A stretch of DNA of 63,766 bases, filler included, from Octopus bimaculoides (lineage: Eukaryota), in NCBI RefSeq assembly GCF_001194135.2. It is 5 parts of 4 records of this genome, joined end to end, with 100 filler letters (N's around TTAATTAATTAA, not from the genome) between each part and the next. Parts side by side here need not be neighbours in the genome. Positions count along the whole stretch, not along the records: positions 10,910 to 28,393 come from NC_068983.1; positions 28,494 to 36,438 come from NC_068985.1; positions 36,539 to 48,588 come from NC_068983.1; 2 more parts are not named here. The stretch is one strand, 5' to 3'. The notes beneath the pieces are model-generated. The model saw only the letters and a list, made by a program, of their open reading frames with translations, was not told where the DNA came from and did no database searches. Both the position numbers and the translations under genes were made by a program. Shown here in pieces: positions 26,165 through 38,531 of the stretch (within the stretch, counting starts at the first letter, position 1; every line of letters starts with the position of its first letter).

Positions 26165-26585
26165 TCGGCGACGAGCTATTAGAATCGTTACCGCGCCGGG
26201 CAAAACGCTTAGCGTTTTACGGCCTGAGTTCAAACTCTACCGAGGTCGACTTTGCATTTCATCCTTTCGAAGTCGATAAAATAAATACCAGTTAAGCACA
26301 GGAGTCGATGTAATCGACTTACTCAGCTACGAAATTGCTGGCCTTGTGCCAAAATTTGAAACTATAGTTACTAATGCTGCGAACTCGCAGAATCGTTAGC
26401 ACGCCGGGAAAAATGCTTAGCGGCATTTCATCTGTCTTTAGCTTCTGAGCTCAAATTCCACAGAAGTCGGATTTGCTTTCATTCTTCAGAGTCGATAAAA
26501 TAAGTACCAGTTAAGCGTTAGAGTCGACGTCATCAACCTATCCCCTCCCCCGAAATTGCTGGCCTTGTGCCAAAACCCGAAACCA
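26165..26585 (+). mobile_element. Two tandem SINE family B copies
   Basis: Two units of agaatcgtta.c.cgccggg..aaa.gcttagcg...gtcgataaaataa.taccagttaagc...gaaattgctggccttgtgccaaaa. Confidence 0.85.
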
Positions 26586-27788
26586 TTATTGCTAGGAGAA
26601 GCATCGCATCACCCCAGAGGCGATTTCTTTTCTTGCTTATGTAATACACACATATACTGTCTTGTCTCTCTGTATAAACCTTGTGTGTATAGGACTAATA
26701 TTTCCGTTCCTAGTGTAGCGCGATTGGGTATGATCTGAGGAAGCAGAACATATGAATTTACAATGTTAATTTATTTAAAAGACATTTACGATGGAAATTT
26801 TATTTTACTGTTTTCGAAAATAAAGGAGGAAAAAAAAAAGCAGGTGACACACACACATACATACACAGGCAGACAAGCACGCACACACAGAGAAATATTT
26901 TTAAATAAAATGTAAAATGATATGGAGTTTCCAATCGGAGTTGTTTTGATGTTGCGTAATTTGTCAGAAGTTTTGATAAAACTCCGTCCAGATGACAAGA
27001 TGTACTTTTATGCCTAACTTCATGCTGAAACTGATATTTTTCAGGTTTATTTTTATGTAGAATATTCCATTCAGAGTTATTCATGTCTTGTAACTATTCT
27101 GAGCTCAAATTCAATATCGTTGTCTCCTGAGTAAATTTATTCAAAATTATACATTTATGTTTTTCTAGTTACTTTTATGATGCACCATATGAGATATCAT
27201 CTGTTAGCTTATAACCTAATGTGTGTGTGTGTTCGCGTGCGTGCATGTATGTAAATATGTATGTACGCATGTATGTTTATACATACACATATGTATGCGT
27301 GCGTCTGTGTGCGCATGTGTGAGTAAGTATATGCATGTGTGTATGTGTGTGTGTAGCTTTTAACCCAATTAAGATATCCTTGGCCTGATGAGTAGACGGC
27401 GGTATACACCACGCTTGGATTTTACCACTTCTCAGGTTCCACTCTTTATGTAACATATGTATCCTGGAACTCTCCTACTCCATTCCGTAATCCTTGTTTC
27501 TTTTTTACGCAGGTCACCAACCGTGGAATATAAAAAGAACTTTTTTTCCTGTTCATCGTTCTCCGATAAAGAAAAATAACCCGCAGCCTCCCGTTTGAAT
27601 AAACCTCTATTGTTCCTGAAAGTTGTGTTTTTATATTTACTACGGATTGCTCAAAGCTAACTTTCTTCCTACACTTCGATCTCCGAATCTTACATTTATA
27701 TATATATANNNNNNNNNNNNNNNNNNNNNNNNNNNNNNNNNNNNNNNNNNNNNNNNNNNNNNNCACACATAAGAAAGAAGGAAACAAA

Positions 27789-27833
27789 GGACCACTGATG
27801 AGGTCACAGAAGTGTGACGAAAGAACTCTGGCC
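27789..27833 (+). ncRNA. Degenerate minimal type-I hammerhead motif (Penelope pLTR-like)
   Basis: ggacca-CTGATGA-g-gtcaca(gaag)tgtgac-GAAA-g aa c-TC-tggcc; one unpaired G at the base of stem II and one bulge in stem I. Confidence 0.45.
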
Positions 27834-27899
27834 GAAATAAGATTAAGATTAATGTAATATAAAGCTGAAGCAAATTAACACCAAATATACAGTGCGTGT

Positions 27900-28210
27900 A
27901 TTTTTATTGGCTAAACTGGCAATATGACCATCCCCAAGTGTTTTGCTCAAGAACACAACGCGTCGCCCGGTCCAGGAATCGAAACCACAATCTTACGATC
28001 ATGGTGCTGACATCGGTTGTCAAGCCAAATCCACTCACAAGGCTTTGGTCGGCCTGAGACTTTAGTAGCAGAAGACACTTGCTCAAGGTGCCACGCCGAT
28101 AGAATAAGTACTAGGCTTACAAAGAATAAGTCCTAGGGTCGATCTGTTCGACTAAAGGCGGTGCTCCAGCATGGCCACAGTCAAATGACTGAAACAGATA
28201 AAAGAACATA
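27900..28210. mobile_element. Chimeric cluster of SINE pieces: family D (-), family A head (-), family A tail (+)
   Basis: ttgctcaagaacacaacg...gaatcgaaacc; ccactcacaaggctttggtcggcc; ataagtactaggcttacaaagaataagtcc...aaatgactgaaac. Confidence 0.7.
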
Positions 28211-28318
28211 ACTTAATACTCACTACTATCAAGTACTACTTACTATCTCACAACACACACACTCTCTCTCTCTCTCTCCCTCTCTCTCTCTCTCTCTCCA
28301 TCTATCTATCTATTTATA

Positions 28319-28393
<75 letters not shown>

Positions 28394-28493
28394 NNNNNNN
28401 NNNNNNNNNNNNNNNNNNNNNNNNNNNNNNNNNNNNNTTAATTAATTAANNNNNNNNNNNNNNNNNNNNNNNNNNNNNNNNNNNNNNNNNNNN
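28394..28493. other. Artificial scaffold join (44 N + TTAATTAATTAA + 44 N)
   Basis: Same 100-bp construct as at 10810. Confidence 0.95.
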
Positions 28494-28494
28494 A

Positions 28495-28682
28495 ATCAGA
28501 GATGCACATATCGTCAGCCACTAAGGGACATTCTCAACTGGTTAAGATCAAACAACTAACAAGCGAAGCTATATTGAGCAGAGTATGTTTTAGCCCATCT
28601 TTTATACCAAAACAAAACAATGTACTTCCAATCAGTTCAGACCAGAAGCCATGCGGGCGACTGCCTGGTACTGCATCAGAGC
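28495..28682 (+). repeat. Repeat family X, 3' part
   Basis: Aligns by eye to 35735-35932. Confidence 0.75.
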
Positions 28683-28693
28683 ATTTATTATTA

Positions 28694-28764
<71 letters not shown>

Positions 28765-28808
28765 TCTTCTTCTTCTTCTTCTTCTTCTTCTTCTTCTTCT
28801 TCTTCTTG

Positions 28809-28842
<34 letters not shown>
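28683..28842. repeat. (TTA)n-(TTC)n-(TTA)n microsatellite
   Basis: Directly visible. Confidence 0.95.
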
Positions 28843-28843
<1 letters not shown>

Positions 28844-28999
28844 GCTGGACGTGTTGTTTTGGAGCTCCCTAAGTTGGTGAAAAATTCACTTGTTTAAAAG
28901 TTTTATACCTCATTTTTGTTGTTTAAATTGTTTTGTAAACCAGGCGCTCCTCTGAGGAGCTGACCTTTATAGACAAAAGCCCTATTTGGGGGAGCTATA

Positions 29000-31900
29000 C
29001 AACCCTTTGTTTCGTTTCAGAATTCTTCAAACGTTTCTTCGAATATATAAACGACGGATAGAGCGGACGGTGAAGAAAGAATGTGAAACAGCAGGTTGAA
29101 CGAAGATTTCCCCGCTCTCACCACCATGATTGTCGGTACACAGCATGAACAGAAGAATGAAGAAGAAGAGAAGAGACAAAAAAAGAAGAAAGAAGACGAA
29201 AAACAGAAAGAAGACGAGAGGAAGATAGGAGAAAAGTTTTCCTTTCAACATGCAGGTGAAACAAACCGAAACGGTTTCGATGGAAATAGTAGTAGCAAAA
29301 ATAATAACGAAGGCAGCGACAGTAGCAACAGTAGCAGTGAAAGACTGGTTATAGATGAAAATAGTAGTAAAGGGACATTCGCAAATATTACGGCAGCTCG
29401 AGAATTTTTCATTATCTCCTTAGAAAATAAAAAGGAGGAAATGGCAAATGCTTCGAAATACACGAAGATAAATGGAAGGAGAGCGGAATTGTCGCTTACG
29501 AGCGATGTACTTGAAGCAACAGCCAAACGGATTATTGTCTTCAGGTGTGTGAACATAAAATCCAGAAGACTGGAAAATTCAAAGACCGACCAAGTGGAAA
29601 GGGCCTTGAAAGGTNNNNNNNNNNNNNNNNNNNNNNNNNNNNNNNNNNNNNNNNNNNNNNNNNNNNNNNNNNNNNNNNNNNNNNNNNNNNNNNNNNNNNN
29701 NNNNNNNNNNNNNNNNNNNNNNGGTAAGAAGTACGGTGTTAGGCGCCTCACCAAGGCTGGATATGTGGCGGATTCTCACTTATGTTTGTGCAGACGTGGG
29801 GTGAAAATCTCCTGGACATAAAACAATCACGGAGGGAGAATTGGGTTGGAACTACCCTGGAGATATTTCTCCATGCAAAAACTGGAGCAAGTGGAGAGAG
29901 TCTCAGACTTTGTTTCCCTCCTAAATGGAGCAGAGCTGCGAGTAAAGGTGGAGGACAGGACAGGAGGCCGAGATGCCGCATTTGTGGATCGAAGGGTCAC
30001 TTAAGGGATTTCTGTCCACACAACCAAAACTAAAGAGCAGAAAGGAAAGCCCAAACGCAACCGACACAACCTTCGAGACAACAAAAACAAGAACAACAAC
30101 AGTATAGAAAGGTATGGAAATAGAAGCAGGAATTGCATCCAAGGAGACAGGACAGGCGATTGTTACAGCAAAGGTGGCAGCGGTAGTAGCACCAGCAGTA
30201 TAAATGTACGTGGCCTGGGGTTGTCCTGGAAGCAAGGTCGCTTGAGCAATGAGCTCAGGTGACTAAATTTGGATGTAATAGTCGTCAGTGAGACCAGGAT
30301 CGCAGACACAGGCACCTTAGCACCCATTTTTGATGATTTTGAAATCTTTGCATTTCTTAGTCGAGTAGTAATGGGGGCGGAGAGGTGGCGGTCTTGTTCA
30401 GAAAAGGCCTGGATCCCGAGATATGGTCGGTTTTCCTGGACCCGAAAGGTAAATTGGTGGTCCTGAACGGTAACGATAATGGGTGCAATGATTTTAGACT
30501 GGTCGCTGTGCATGAACCGTCTGCATCTGGGTAACCAGATTTCCTCAGACATTTGGCGGTCTTTCTAGGGACGTCTCGCTCTTTAGTGTCAGTGGGCGAC
30601 TGGAACACCATCTTGGATGCACGTGTGGATTGGATAGGGCTAGCAGATAAGAAAGTGGAGTGCACAAGCCTCGCAAACCTTCTCGATCTTTCTTCAGCTG
30701 GCTGAGAGGTTCAGACTGGATTTCGCGAATGCACCAGTGTGGGCATGGGCAAACAACGTTGGGGTCATTCAGATCTTACCTAGATAGGATATTTTGTAGG
30801 CCAGCAGATAGGGATAGCATAGCTTGTCCACGATTTGAGCTCGTCAGCTATACAGACCACAAATTTGTGACCTGTACTGTTGACCTAGATAGGCTCTATA
30901 GGCAGGGTCCCGGGTACTGGAAGCTGAACGCGTCCTTCCTGGCGAGTCAAGCTTTCAGAGACCGGCTTAGCAAGTTAGTCCATCAAAAGTTGACGGGTGC
31001 AGTCGTCAACAACCGATAGTAGATAGCCCTGAAACAGACGATTAGTGTAAAAGCTGTAGAGTTTAGCAGAGAACTAGTGATAGAGAAGACTAGAGTAGGG
31101 GTGGCTTAGTTAGGAAGTTAGAANNNNNNNNNNNNNNNNNNNNNNNNNNNNNNNNNNNNNNNNNNNNNNNNNNNNNNNNNNNNNNNNNNNNNNNNNNNNN
31201 NNNNNNNNNNNNNNNNNNNNNNNTAGTGATAGAGAAGACTAGAGTAGGGGTGGCTTAGTTAGGAAGTTAGAATAGGCACTTAGGAGAGAACGAAAGTCTT
31301 TCGATGGGCCCAGCTGACTGAGGCGCAACATGGTAACAAAATGTCAATTCGGTCTTTGTTGGGTCGAGAAGGGCGTTTGCCAAACGAGTCTAGGTGGATT
31401 TGCGCGGAGTTTCAGCGGCACTTTGCTGAACTGTAAGGAGCGCGTGGTGGTACGGAGACGGAGGTGGGGGACTTCACCACCTACCACGACGGCCTGCCGC
31501 GGTTTTCGGCCAGGGTTGCGAAAGCTGCGAAATGCTGATATCATCTGAAGAGATACGTGACACGTTCGCTAGCTGCATGAATGATAGGTCTCTGGGATTG
31601 GATTGTCTGCCCTTCGAGCATTATATTCATATGCCAGACTTGCTTGGTAAACTTTTGGTGGATGTCTACCGCAATCGACAGTAGAACGAGAGAATCCCCA
31701 GATCTGTGAGCTGAAGGTGGTGACGCTACTGAGAAAGGGTCCGAACAAGGGAAATATTATTGATAACTCTAGGCCTGTAACTCTGCTAAAAGCAGATTTA
31801 CAAAATGTTGGCCAAGCTATTAGCAAAGAGGTTGGTGCTCGTAGTTGCCAGACTGGTTGGTGATGCGCAGACTTGCGCCATCACTAACAGTTCTATACGC

Positions 31901-33818
31901 GACAACCTCCACCTCATGCGATGCATCATAGAGAGGGTTCGTAAAGAACCTGGCATGGGTAGGGCCCAATTTGTATCAATCAAAAGTCTTTGATATGGTC
32001 GACCATCAGTACTTGGAGCCTGTCCTTAAGGTGGATGGTTTCGGTCCCGTTTTCAAAGGTTGGATCGCTGCAATGTACAGCGACATCTGCTCGGTAGAAA
32101 AAGTAAATGGTCACCTGTCAGAATCGCTTAGTGTTGCGCGTTCGGTCCGTCAAGGCTGCCTACTCTCACCCCTTCTCTACGTACTTGCACTCGAGCCATT
32201 ACTGCGGAAGCTGGATGTTTCGAGGGGCATCTCGCGAGAGCCAGGATACGGAACGTTCGTATCAGCGTATACGGACGACGTCACCGTGATAGTGTCGGAA
32301 ATCTCGGAAATCGAGATGGTCGGCACTACCGTAAGGGTATATGAAGCAGTGACAGGAGCAATGATTAACCAGGTGAAATCAGTGGGCCTGCAGCTCGGTA
32401 TCTGGAGAGGCAGGTCCATGCCGACCAACAGCGTTTTGGGGCGCTGTATCGAAGGACCGGTTACGTTGGTTGATAGCTGGTTCGGTCTGGACCTCCAAGT
32501 GGACAAGAATTGGGGTGACATGATATACAAGGTGACCAGTCTCGCAAAAAAATGGGTCGGGAGGAAGCTGCCCTTGAAAGGTTGGGCGGAAGTGGCAAAT
32601 GCCTACATCACATCTGTTATATACTACCGCCTGACCGTCGTCTCTTGCATCGCTTGGTGTCTGAATGGGCTCGTGCGCTTGCTCTTCTGCTTCCTTTAGA
32701 AGGGACATGTACCTATTGTCAGACGGTCCATTTGCTGTCAGCACTCGCTGCGTAGAGGACTGGGCATGTCGTGGCTGATGATGCGCAGACATGAGCTGAG
32801 GCTGCAACATCTCCAGCGATACCTTAGCGGTGAGCAGGTGTGGTTACTGTTTGTTAGACGCGTTCTTCCGGGCTTGTCTTCTTGACAGAGCTGCAGTCCT
32901 GGATCAGGCGTAGACCGAGGCTGACACCTAGAGTGTCTCCATGCGCTCACAGCCCTCAGCTGCTCTGACAGTGCGGTCGGTGGAAGTTCGACCTTGGAGT
33001 TCTATATCGGTGTAGTGGAGTACAAGAGCGACGATGTTCTCAGAGAGGTTCTGGGCGTCGAGAGGAAGGACTTTCTGGCTGGGGCCTATGGATAAGTTCC
33101 AGAAATCCCTGGCCTGACAATGTCACCCTGGGGCTCTGCGGTTCGGGATAAGCTCCACAGGCACGGGTGTGCAGTCAGGTGGTCTTGTCCGAGATGCACG
33201 CAGAACGATGAAACCGTTCTGCATACACTCATACCGTGTCCGCGCATTACTGACTTATTGTCGTGTGTGGACGGATCCGACTATCGTCCGAGTCCATCGT
33301 GGACATTGCCCGCCTCCTTCCTTTGGCCGAGAAGGACAAGCAAGTTTTCTCTGTCTGGTGGCTATGGTGAAAGAGGTTGTATGGTAGACTCGATTGAAAG
33401 GGTTGAAGATGGGCACCTCTTCGGCCAAGGCCTCATTAACTATTTCAGGTTCTACCTAAAAAGGAAAGTGAGGTTGGGGAGGGAGGTGTTGTCATCCAGC
33501 AAGTTTGTTTAAAAGTTGGGGAATGTGGCAAGGATGGCCCGTGTGAACGGGCCTACTCTAAGTGTGCACTTGTAACCCTGATAGAATGGCAAGGAGAGGG
33601 GTACCTACCTGAGGTGCCTATGAGGTTCGGAGGTCCAAAGAGTGTGAGGTTCTTTGGTCACCTCGGTGGAACTCCACCCCCTACTGGGGAACTACATTGT
33701 TTGCTTAATTTTACTTAATTATTGTGTTTTTGTTGTTTACATACCTTTTAACCCCACCATCCCTCGTCTGAGTAACGTCCTCTGTGTATTGTGCTCGGCC
33801 CTTGTGACCAATAAAAAA
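29000..33818 (+). mobile_element. Near full-length, inactivated Tx1/L1-clade LINE
   Basis: ORF1 remnant with C-terminal CCHC knuckle CRICGSKGHLRDFC (~29970-30015). APE endonuclease remnants (NVRGL, DVIVVSETRI, GDWN, DRIF, TDHKFV). PGYWKLNAS linker; RT motifs FDMVDH, QGCLLSP, AYTDD; C-terminal CPRCTQNDETVLH; ends in aataaaaaaa. Many stops and frameshifts; 5' boundary approximate. Confidence 0.92.
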
Positions 33819-33821
33819 AGT

Positions 33822-33843
33822 ATTTATTATTATTATTATTATT

Positions 33844-33926
<83 letters not shown>

Positions 33927-33967
33927 CATTATCATCATCATCCCCATCATCATTATTATTATTATTA

Positions 33968-34028
<61 letters not shown>
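33822..34028. repeat. Compound (TTA)n-(TTG)n-(TCA)n microsatellite
   Basis: Directly visible. Confidence 0.95.
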
Positions 34029-34029
<1 letters not shown>

Positions 34030-34945
34030 AGGTGCTAAAACTCTGCACCTTGAGATTAGATGGTCTATAGTTTCAATCTCATCGTTATAGAATCGGCATT
34101 TTGGGTCATCTTCATTTTTTATCACATTGGCTTGGTAGTTCCGGGTTAATAAGCTTTAGTCTTGAGCAGCTAATATGAAACCTTCACTATCTGCTTCTAG
34201 CCCTGAGCTTCGTAACCATTGATGCGTGTGTTTCTGGTAGACATCAGCTTGTTTGCTACGGGCCACATTACTTGCTATGCAGAGGTTTCTGTTCCCATTT
34301 GCCAGCTAAGTTTTCATTTGCTTTTGTCTTTGCAATTAAACTTATTTTCTTTGCAACAGAAGTTGGTGCATTTCCTTCAACCTGATCAATCTGGTTGGTA
34401 TCTAAGAGATCAGTGGCGAAGTTTTTGCTCTCTTTCAGAATAGAGTGAAGTTTTTTCGGTCTTTCATGTTTTTCAACAAGTTTTAGCATCCAATCGTTGG
34501 TTGTTTCAAGGTATTTGGCCAGTCCGATTGTGGTGGTTTTGTAAGTTCATGCTGGATCAAGCCTCGATCTCCCTGAGCCCTGGGAAGGTAAAGGCGATCC
34601 ACGTTTGCCTTTGGATGGTGCATCTTATTATAAGTCAGTAGCATGCGGATTTTTCTATCAATTTTCATTATTTCACTGGTATTCCAGTTAAGCACATTGA
34701 AGCTATAAAGAACTGGGGCTGCTAAGGAATTTATGACAAACACCTTATTATATGCATTCAGCTCAGACTTCAGAACTGCTCGAACTCTTCTATAACATTC
34801 CTTCCTAACCTTCTCTTTCATGCTTGCATGCTGGATGCCAGAGCCTTTATTTATTCCTAGGTATTTATAGGTTTGTTGCTGCTCAAGTTCCTTAATTACT
34901 GTTTCGACATCTAATTCTATTGAACTTGACTTTACCAGTTTCCTT
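34030..34945 (-). mobile_element. R4/Dong-like (RLE-clade) LINE internal fragment flanked by (TAA)n
   Basis: Minus strand: TYKYLGI (RT end); KEKVRKECYRRVRAVLKSELNAYNK...HHPKANVDRLYLPRAQGDRGL (thumb); CRFYNDEIETIDHLISRC (decayed CCHC); frameshifted. Confidence 0.85.
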
Positions 34946-34967
34946 TATTATTATTATTATTATTATT

Positions 34968-35360
34968 AGCGGTGAGCTGGCGGAATCGTTAGCACGCCGG
35001 GCGAAATGCTTAGCGGCATTTCGCCTGTCACTACGTTCTGAGTTCAAATTCCGCCCTGGTCGAATTTGCCTTTCATCCTTTCAGAGTCGATAAATTAAAT
35101 ACCATTGAAACATTGGGGTTGATGTAATCGACTACTCCCCTCCTCCAAATTTAAGGCCTTGTGTCTATAGTAGAAAGGATCATTATTATTATTATTGTGT
35201 TTCGTTCGTTACTACGTTCTTAGTTCAAATTCTGCCGAGGTCGACTTTGCCTTTCCACCTTTCACTGTCGATAAATTAAGTACCAGTGAAACACTGGGGA
35301 TCAATGTAATCGGCTATTCCCCTCCACCAAAAATTTCGAGCCTTGTGCCTATAATACACA
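34968..35360 (+). mobile_element. Two tandem SINE family B copies
   Basis: gcggtgagctggcggaatcgttagcacgccgggcgaaatgc..., with a second unit from ctacgttcttagttcaaattctgccgaggtcgac. Confidence 0.9.
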
Positions 35361-35389
35361 AAGGATTATTTCTATTATTGAGTGAGAGA

Positions 35390-35932
35390 TCAGCGCATGC
35401 GATCAAAATGACACTGGGGTAAAATATACGAAGCCCAATATACCCATCATGACTACTCGTCTGATAAGGTTACACGAGGCACATGCTTCACAACCATATG
35501 TGCGCGACATAATGATCTCATATGAAGATAAACAACGCATGAACTTGCAGGTGGGACCCAGTTAGAATTTTCGTCACGTTGAGTAGCCCATCCTGCTGAT
35601 AAGGTCCTTGAATAAGGTTTGTTGAAGGATGTTGAACGAAATGCTCATGTTTCCAGAGGTGAATTATTGAGACTCCAAAGAATTCTTTCAACACATGGCT
35701 ATAATGCTCCCCAACTACTTCTGCTTGTAATCAGAAATGCACATATGGTTAGCCACCAAGGGACATGCTCAAGTGGTTATGGTCAAACAACTGACAAGCA
35801 AACTTGTGTATTGAGCAGAATAGTTACTTTAGCCCATCTTTTATACCAAGACAAAATATGTACATGATAACACTTCCAATCAGTTAAGATCAGAAACCAC
35901 GAGAGCCAGTGCCTGGTATTGCATCAGGGCCT
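35390..35932 (+). repeat. Repeat family X, longest copy (~540 bp)
   Basis: Reverse complement of 1215-1745. Confidence 0.75.
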
Positions 35933-36438
35933 GGAAGCACCAACAGCCTAACCTGCCTGAGAGGCGTGCAGGGGGACGAAACCGTCCTGCATGCAATAAA
36001 TCAGTGTCCATGCATTAGAGATTGTGGGATTGTGTGGAGTAGCTGTTGTCGCGTGTAAGACGAATTCAGCTGTCTGTCGAGTGCATAGTGAAGATCGACA
36101 CACCACCTTCGCTTAATAGAGAAGGAAGGCAAATCTTCCTCTGCTTAGTGGCTGCGGAAAAATAGAATGTGGTGGTGGATCCAGCTGAAAGTTCTGAAGA
36201 CAGACATATTCCTATCTGATCAACCCCTCATCAATCTTTTCAAATATCATTTGAAGAGGAAGGTGGGGATAGAGAGAGAGTTGCTGCTTTCTAGTATGTT
36301 TATCGAAAGATGGTCGACAGTGGCAAGACTGGAGAGACTGAATGGATCTACTCTAGATATAATTTTCTAAGCAGAAAGAAATAAACTGGAAGAGAGCACT
36401 TTCCCATGCCTTGGAGACGGCAGAGTAATCCGAGATTT
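35933..36438 (+). mobile_element. 3' fragment of a second, diverged Tx1-clade LINE
   Basis: CLRGVQGDETVLH...QCP and LINLFKYHLKRKVGIERELL parallel LINYFRFYLKRKVRLGREVL of the 29-33.8 kb element; cut by a scaffold join. Confidence 0.8.
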
Positions 36439-36538
36439 NNNNNNNNNNNNNNNNNNNNNNNNNNNNNNNNNNNNNNNNNNNNTTAATTAATTAANNNNNN
36501 NNNNNNNNNNNNNNNNNNNNNNNNNNNNNNNNNNNNNN
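36439..36538. other. Artificial scaffold join (44 N + TTAATTAATTAA + 44 N)
   Basis: Same 100-bp construct. Confidence 0.95.
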
Positions 36539-36539
36539 T

Positions 36540-36985
36540 TCTCAAAGAGAAACTGGACCGAGACAAATTATTGGGTATGAGTTAATGCTATTTATAACAA
36601 ACTATGGGCTCCCGAAGGCTTCAGAATTTTACTCTATCACGTGACCTTATTAGGGGCCGTGATTGGTCAGTTTGCGTTCTGGCGGGAACGGTTCGAAGAA
36701 GTTGCCGATTCGAATAATGATCAGTCACGTGATGGACAAGGAATGGGTTCTCTACTACGCTCGCATTTATTTATATTTAAATGAGAAGATTGTATGTAAT
36801 GGCGATAGTAGTTTTGTATCTAGTGACGATAGGTAGTTTCACTACAGATGCATATCAGGGTACAGGACATTAGAACAATGAACTACAGACAACGGTACGA
36901 ACACATAGGGAAACAGATAGCCACTTGGAATTAATCCCTCGTCAGCTGCTTCTATTCTAACTAGACGTTTCGAAGATAAGGTGTG
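36540..36985. repeat. Interspersed repeat, possibly Penelope-associated
   Basis: Ends in tcgtcagctgc...cgtttcgaag, a motif shared with 46745-46885 (ttcatcagctgc...cgtttcgaag); family assignment is inference. Confidence 0.4.
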
Positions 36986-37235
36986 TGTGTGTGTAAAGGA
37001 AAATGGAAAGTTAAGAAAAATTATGGTTTAAAGCAAAGAAAAATTTTAGAAGCAAAATAGTATTGCTTACTTTGTTGTATATTTGTGTTTCATAAAATTT
37101 TAAATAACGCGTGTTTTTATTGAGGCGCTCAAGCGCTTTTAAAGGGGCACCACTTTTGAGTCTGCTGTAGGCAATATGTGTTTTTTGTGGGGTCCGGGGC
37201 GGCAAACGAAAGGGCCGCTCCGGGCGGCGGCACAC

Positions 37236-38400
37236 ACTCAGCTACGTTAGTGGCCACAAGCCTATGAAAGATAGGCTAGCTCTCGCCTTTTGTGCCAATG
37301 CGAGTGGCGATTTGAAGATTAAGCCGCTCTTTGTCTACCATTCCGAAAACTCACGAGCGTTCAAGTCGAACAAAATCCTGAAGGAGAAGCTGCAGGTCAG
37401 GTGAAGGGCAAACGTTAAAGCCTGGATCACCAGGCAATTCTTCACCGAGTGGATCAACCTTATCTTCGGATCAGCAGTGAAAAAGTACCTTCTAGAGAAT
37501 GATCTTCCTCTCAAGGTCTTCCTCATCATCGACAATGTTCCTGCTCATCCTCCTAACTTCGAAGATGATATCCTGCACGAATTTAAATTCATAAAAGTTC
37601 TATACCTTTCACGCAACACTACCCCTATCTTACAGCCCTTGGACCAACAGGTGATTTCTAATTTTAAGAAATTGTACACCAAACACCTGTTTCATTGGTG
37701 CTTTGAAGTCACCGAAAATACAAATCTAACCCTTCGTGAGTTTTGGAATGAATATTGCAACATTGTTAATTGCCTGGAAACCATCAATATGGCCTGGCAG
37801 GGGGTAACGAGAAGAACGCTGAATTCTGCATGGAGAAAACTGTGGCCTGATGGCGTATCCAAAAGGGTCTTCGAGCGGTTTGAGTCTGAGACACCTGTAG
37901 TCGAGGAGAGAGTGTCTCTTGGCAGTTCCATGGACCTCGAGGTTGACGATGGGGAAATTAACGATCTCGTCGAGGAACACTCGGAAGAACTGACGACAGA
38001 TGAACTCCTGCAACTTCAGGAGCAGCAGCATTCAGATGGGGTGGAAGAGATTGGTTCTCTGAAGGAGGACAGTGTAGCGGAGAGTGACATAAAGGCAGTG
38101 TTGGAAAAGTGGCAGTATGTTTTTCTTGATTTGTAGGAAAAATCATCCTGAAAAAGCATCTACAGGTCGTGCAGCTGCTTTATTTAATGACACTGCTCTG
38201 GTGCATTTTTGTAACATTTTGAAAGGCAGGTAAAAGCCGACTTTTCTTTATATATTTCTAATGAAACGACCTGAAAGTTTGAAAAGTGAAGAAAGTGTGC
38301 CAAAAAAGCTTAAATTAAGCGAAGTGAGAGAGAGAAAATGCCAGAAATTGTTCTTCCTGAAGTCTTGATGGAAGGAGGTTCTCCTTCCAAACAACAATCC
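37236..38400 (+). mobile_element. Tigger/pogo transposase relic (DDE_1), 5'-truncated
   Basis: GHKPMKDRLALAFCANASGDLKIKPLFVYHSENSRAFK; in-frame TGA; LIIDNVPAHP; NTTPILQPLDQQVISNFK; frameshift at ~38130; C-terminal LPEVLMEGGSPSKQ. Confidence 0.92.
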
Positions 38401-38419
38401 TCCTCCTCCTCCTCTTCCT

Positions 38420-38530
38420 GGATGAAAGGCAAAGTCGACCTCGGCAGAATTTGAACTCAGAACGTAGCGGCAGACGAAATATCAGTAAGCATTTCGCTCG
38501 GTGTGCTAACGTTTCTGCCAGCTCGCCGTC
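38420..38530 (-). mobile_element. SINE family B, 5' part
   Basis: ggatgaaaggcaaagtcgacctcggcagaatttgaactcagaacgt...ttctgccagctcgcc. Confidence 0.85.
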
Positions 38531-38531
38531 A

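Noticed and set aside
31075-31272. 49-bp direct repeat inside the Tx1 ORF2
   Set aside because: The copies flank a 100-N gap exactly; typical unmerged contig overlap.
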